A stretch of DNA of 64,000 nucleotides from Myxococcota bacterium (GTDB lineage: Bacteria; Myxococcota_A; SURF-8; G963663525). The notes beneath the pieces were generated by a model. That model was not told where the DNA came from. It did no database searches and worked only from the letters and a program-made list of their open reading frames with translations. Where the stretch lies: NCBI GenBank assembly GCA_963676915.2, contig CAXXVK010000027.1, positions 32,001 through 96,000 on the forward strand, in the 5' to 3' direction. This document shows, one piece after another, positions 61,175-64,000 of the stretch; position 1 is the first letter of the stretch; each line of letters begins with the position of its first letter. The position numbers were made by a program, and so were the translations under genes.

Positions 61175-64000
61175 TTACAGGGCGATTTCGAGGATGCCAG
61201 CCCACCCGACCGAAATGTACAGCGTGTCACCCTGACGGACGCCGCCGTTGGCGAAGCTGTAGTATCCGCCGACACCGGTCAGCGGCTCGTCGATTTCCAC
61301 TGTCGATCCATCCGGGGAGATGTACATCAGGTGCATTCTCGTGGTGGATACACGGTTGCTTTCGTCAAGCGTCAGTCGCACGAGCATTCCGCCACCCTGG
61401 ACTTCGGTCACGTCGTGGCCACCGGGAGCGGTGATCGTGGCTTTCGCCTCGCCCGTTTCGGCGTCGATGACGGTAACGACTGCTTGCTGGTAGGGCACGA
61501 CCTCGGTTTCGTCCACCTCGTTGGGTTCCTCCTCGCAAGGATAGCCATAGGCCATGGTGGCGGTTCCATTTCGTGAATCCAGGTATTGCTGAGCCACCAG
61601 GAAGAGGGTTTTGTCCTGCACCACGAACGTCGTGTCGTTGGTGGCGTATTCCACGTTCTCGACCTCTGACGCCAGTCGTTTGAGATCGTCGGGATCTTCT
61701 TTGACATCCGTGCTTCCCTCTGAGGCTACGGGAACTTCCGCACCGTCTTTGATATCGGTGCTGTTGGAAGAGGTAGAATCCGGCTCGACGCTCGAAGAAT
61801 CGTCTTGATATAAAGCGACATCATCATCGTCGCAACCATAGTAGTAGTAGCCGCCCCAACTATTTTCCAATTCGAAGCTTTTTACGATCTCCGCACCCTC
61901 CGAACCCAGCGAAAGTACGTTGATCCAGTAGGTGTAGTACGAGCAGCCATCTTCGTCTTCTTCCCACTGGCGGTCACGGGTGTATAGAATGCGTCCGTCA
62001 TCGCTGACACCGACGATTTCACCCGGCACGTTGACGCTGCCCTGACGGACCGGCGCCCAGGGTTCCGACGCATCGAACATCACCGAGAAACAGGCCAGCA
62101 TCGGACGGCCGGAACCGTCGCGCCCGGCAGACTCACAGTGCGGGATGTAGATTTTATCGCCCCGGCTGACGAGTCGGGCCGGTTTGGGTAATCCGCTGTA
62201 ATAGTAGGAATCGTAGTACGGCATCATCTGCGCTCGTACACTCGGTTCCGCTGCCACATCAACCGCAGGAGTTTCGACATCATAGTAATAATACCCGCCG
62301 TAATAATCGAGGTATTCGCGGAACAGGCTGCGGAAACCATTGAATCGTCCGTTTTCCACGAGTTTCACATTGGACGGGTCGCTGGCATCGAGGAACTGAA
62401 GGTAGGCTTCGGCAGTCTGTTCGTCGTCGCTCCAGTCATAGGATACGCCCAAGTAGGCCAGTGCGCCGTTTTCGGTGACGCCCAGTCCGCTGCCCCACTG
62501 ATAATAGGCATCCGTGTCCTCTTCGCTGGGTAATTCCAGCCGGGTGACGCCCAGATGCTCGGGCGTGTCGCTTTCCAGGTCGAAGGCGTGAATCGCCATG
62601 GTACGTTCGCTCTGCCATTCGCCGGTCATGTTGTCCCAGGAGCCGTAACTCTCCGTAATCAGGTAGGAAGCATTCCCTCCCTGCAAGAGAGAAGCGCGGT
62701 CCGTAAAACCTTCGGCCTGGGCTTCGAGCATGTCGCTTTCGTAGGCCGGGCGGAAATCGCTGACGGTGAGATCGTAGGAACGAATCCGCAAGGTGTTGTC
62801 GTAGTACGCGCCACCCATGTCGCACAGTTTTTCGCCACATTGTTCCAAGTGACCGACATAATTGGCCGTTACGAGGCTGGAGGTTACTTGCGGGTTATCC
62901 GGGTCTTGATAGTCGATCAACTGAATTTCCATTTCGGACAGCGAAGCGATGGACTGGCCGATGTGGATGCCGCGACGGACCGCACTGCGGGAATCGACGT
63001 ATCCGCGCTTGCGCAGCCCGTAATCGTCGGATGCGGGGTCCAGGTCGAAGCTGATGAAGGTCAACCGATGAGCCATGTTGCGCCAGTTGGTGGAATAGGC
63101 TTCGCTGGGCATCAGAATCAACCCCAGGTCGGTGTACATCCGAAACGCTTTCCAGTCGTAAGTGGCTTCCGAGCTGGCGTATCCACCCTCATCGGCGATT
63201 TCGATGGTGTCGATTTCTGTCGGGTTGGTCGGATCGGCGATGGAATACATCGAGACTTTCGTTCCGCTTTGGCTTGAATCCTCGCCGGGAGCGATGATGT
63301 GATCGCCGACGATTTGCATGTAAGTGGAGTATCCAGGCACTTCGAGCTGTCCCAGTTCGGTGGGGTTGTCCGGGTCGGAGAGGTCCACGACGTGCAGCGG
63401 GTCAACCTGTTCGAAGGTCACCACATACCCTCGATTGCCTGTGTACTGGGCCGATTTGATTTCCTGGTTGTAAATCAGGGTTACTTCGCCACGCTTGACG
63501 ATGTTCATCGGGTCGGACACGTTGAACGTTTCCATCTTGGCCACCATTTCGCCTCCAATTCTGGCTGGCTACGGCGAACAGATCGCCGGTTTCGTGCATC
63601 CAGAAGCGGTCGGACACGATTCCCTTGAGCGTAAAAATCACCCTTCTTTTCGATTGCTCCCTGCGGGTCGCTGATATCGAGATAGGTGATTTTCGAACCC
63701 TGTCCCCCTTCGGACCACTGATCGCCCGTCTGAGCGACATACAGGGCGGAGGTGGAAACGTACACCGTCCAGCTCCAGCTATCGGAGGTGAATTCCTCGC
63801 TGTCCACGAGTTGAATGTTCGAAGGGTCGCCGACCTGAATCGAACTGATGAGTGTGCGGGAGGTGTAGGAATTGTTGTAGCAATAACTATTATAATAATT
63901 GTATCCGGTGGTAACCACGTAAATCACGTCGCCCACCTGGCGGCTATCGGAAACCTGACCGTCCAGATCGAAGGCGTTGAGCTGAATCGGCGAGGCGGGG
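61175..64000 (-). CDS. Beta-propeller domain protein (Beta_propel family); starts beyond window; two apparent frameshifts near 63635 and 63555
   Basis: SRQVGDVIYVVT, GIVSDRFWM, RGYVVTFEQVDPLHVVDLSDP..P..LGQLEVPGYSTY, SSEATYDWKAF spread over three frames. Confidence 0.85.

Overview
A 64-kb core-chromosome segment from a bacterium with deltaproteobacterial (Myxococcota/Desulfobacterota-like) gene content; the taxonomy is inferred from gene content and synteny only. Housekeeping genes: rho (3' end), nifU-nifS, mreBCD, thpR, pilS-pilR-pilD plus a HAMP kinase, an MBOAT/SGNH pair, wecA, SpoIID, biotin carboxylase/BCCP, rimP-nusA-ylxR/Q-infB-rbfA-nrnA, mnmA/tilS, ffs-dnaX-ybaB-recR, EndoQ and bioB. 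These are interspersed with acidic or Cys-rich lipoproteins. No CRISPR array, rRNA, tRNA, prophage or transposase was seen. Main observations: (1) a ~270-nt multi-domain structured leader overlapping a strong sigma54-type promoter ahead of a 29-Cys acidic lipoprotein; (2) a candidate nucleoid/silencer protein with coiled coil, RAMA-like domain and histone-H1-like tails; (3) a FadL-type barrel + Cys-rich lipoprotein + GH31 operon resembling a TonB-independent uptake locus; (4) three apparent pseudoenzymes (His-less hybrid kinase, ligand-less CapA, degenerate nucleotidyltransferase); (5) a 174/175-bp MITE in two copies with 4-bp CTAA target duplications, plus several REP families, one nested in another at two loci; (6) four apparent +1 frameshifts, three in homopolymer runs, probably sequencing errors.
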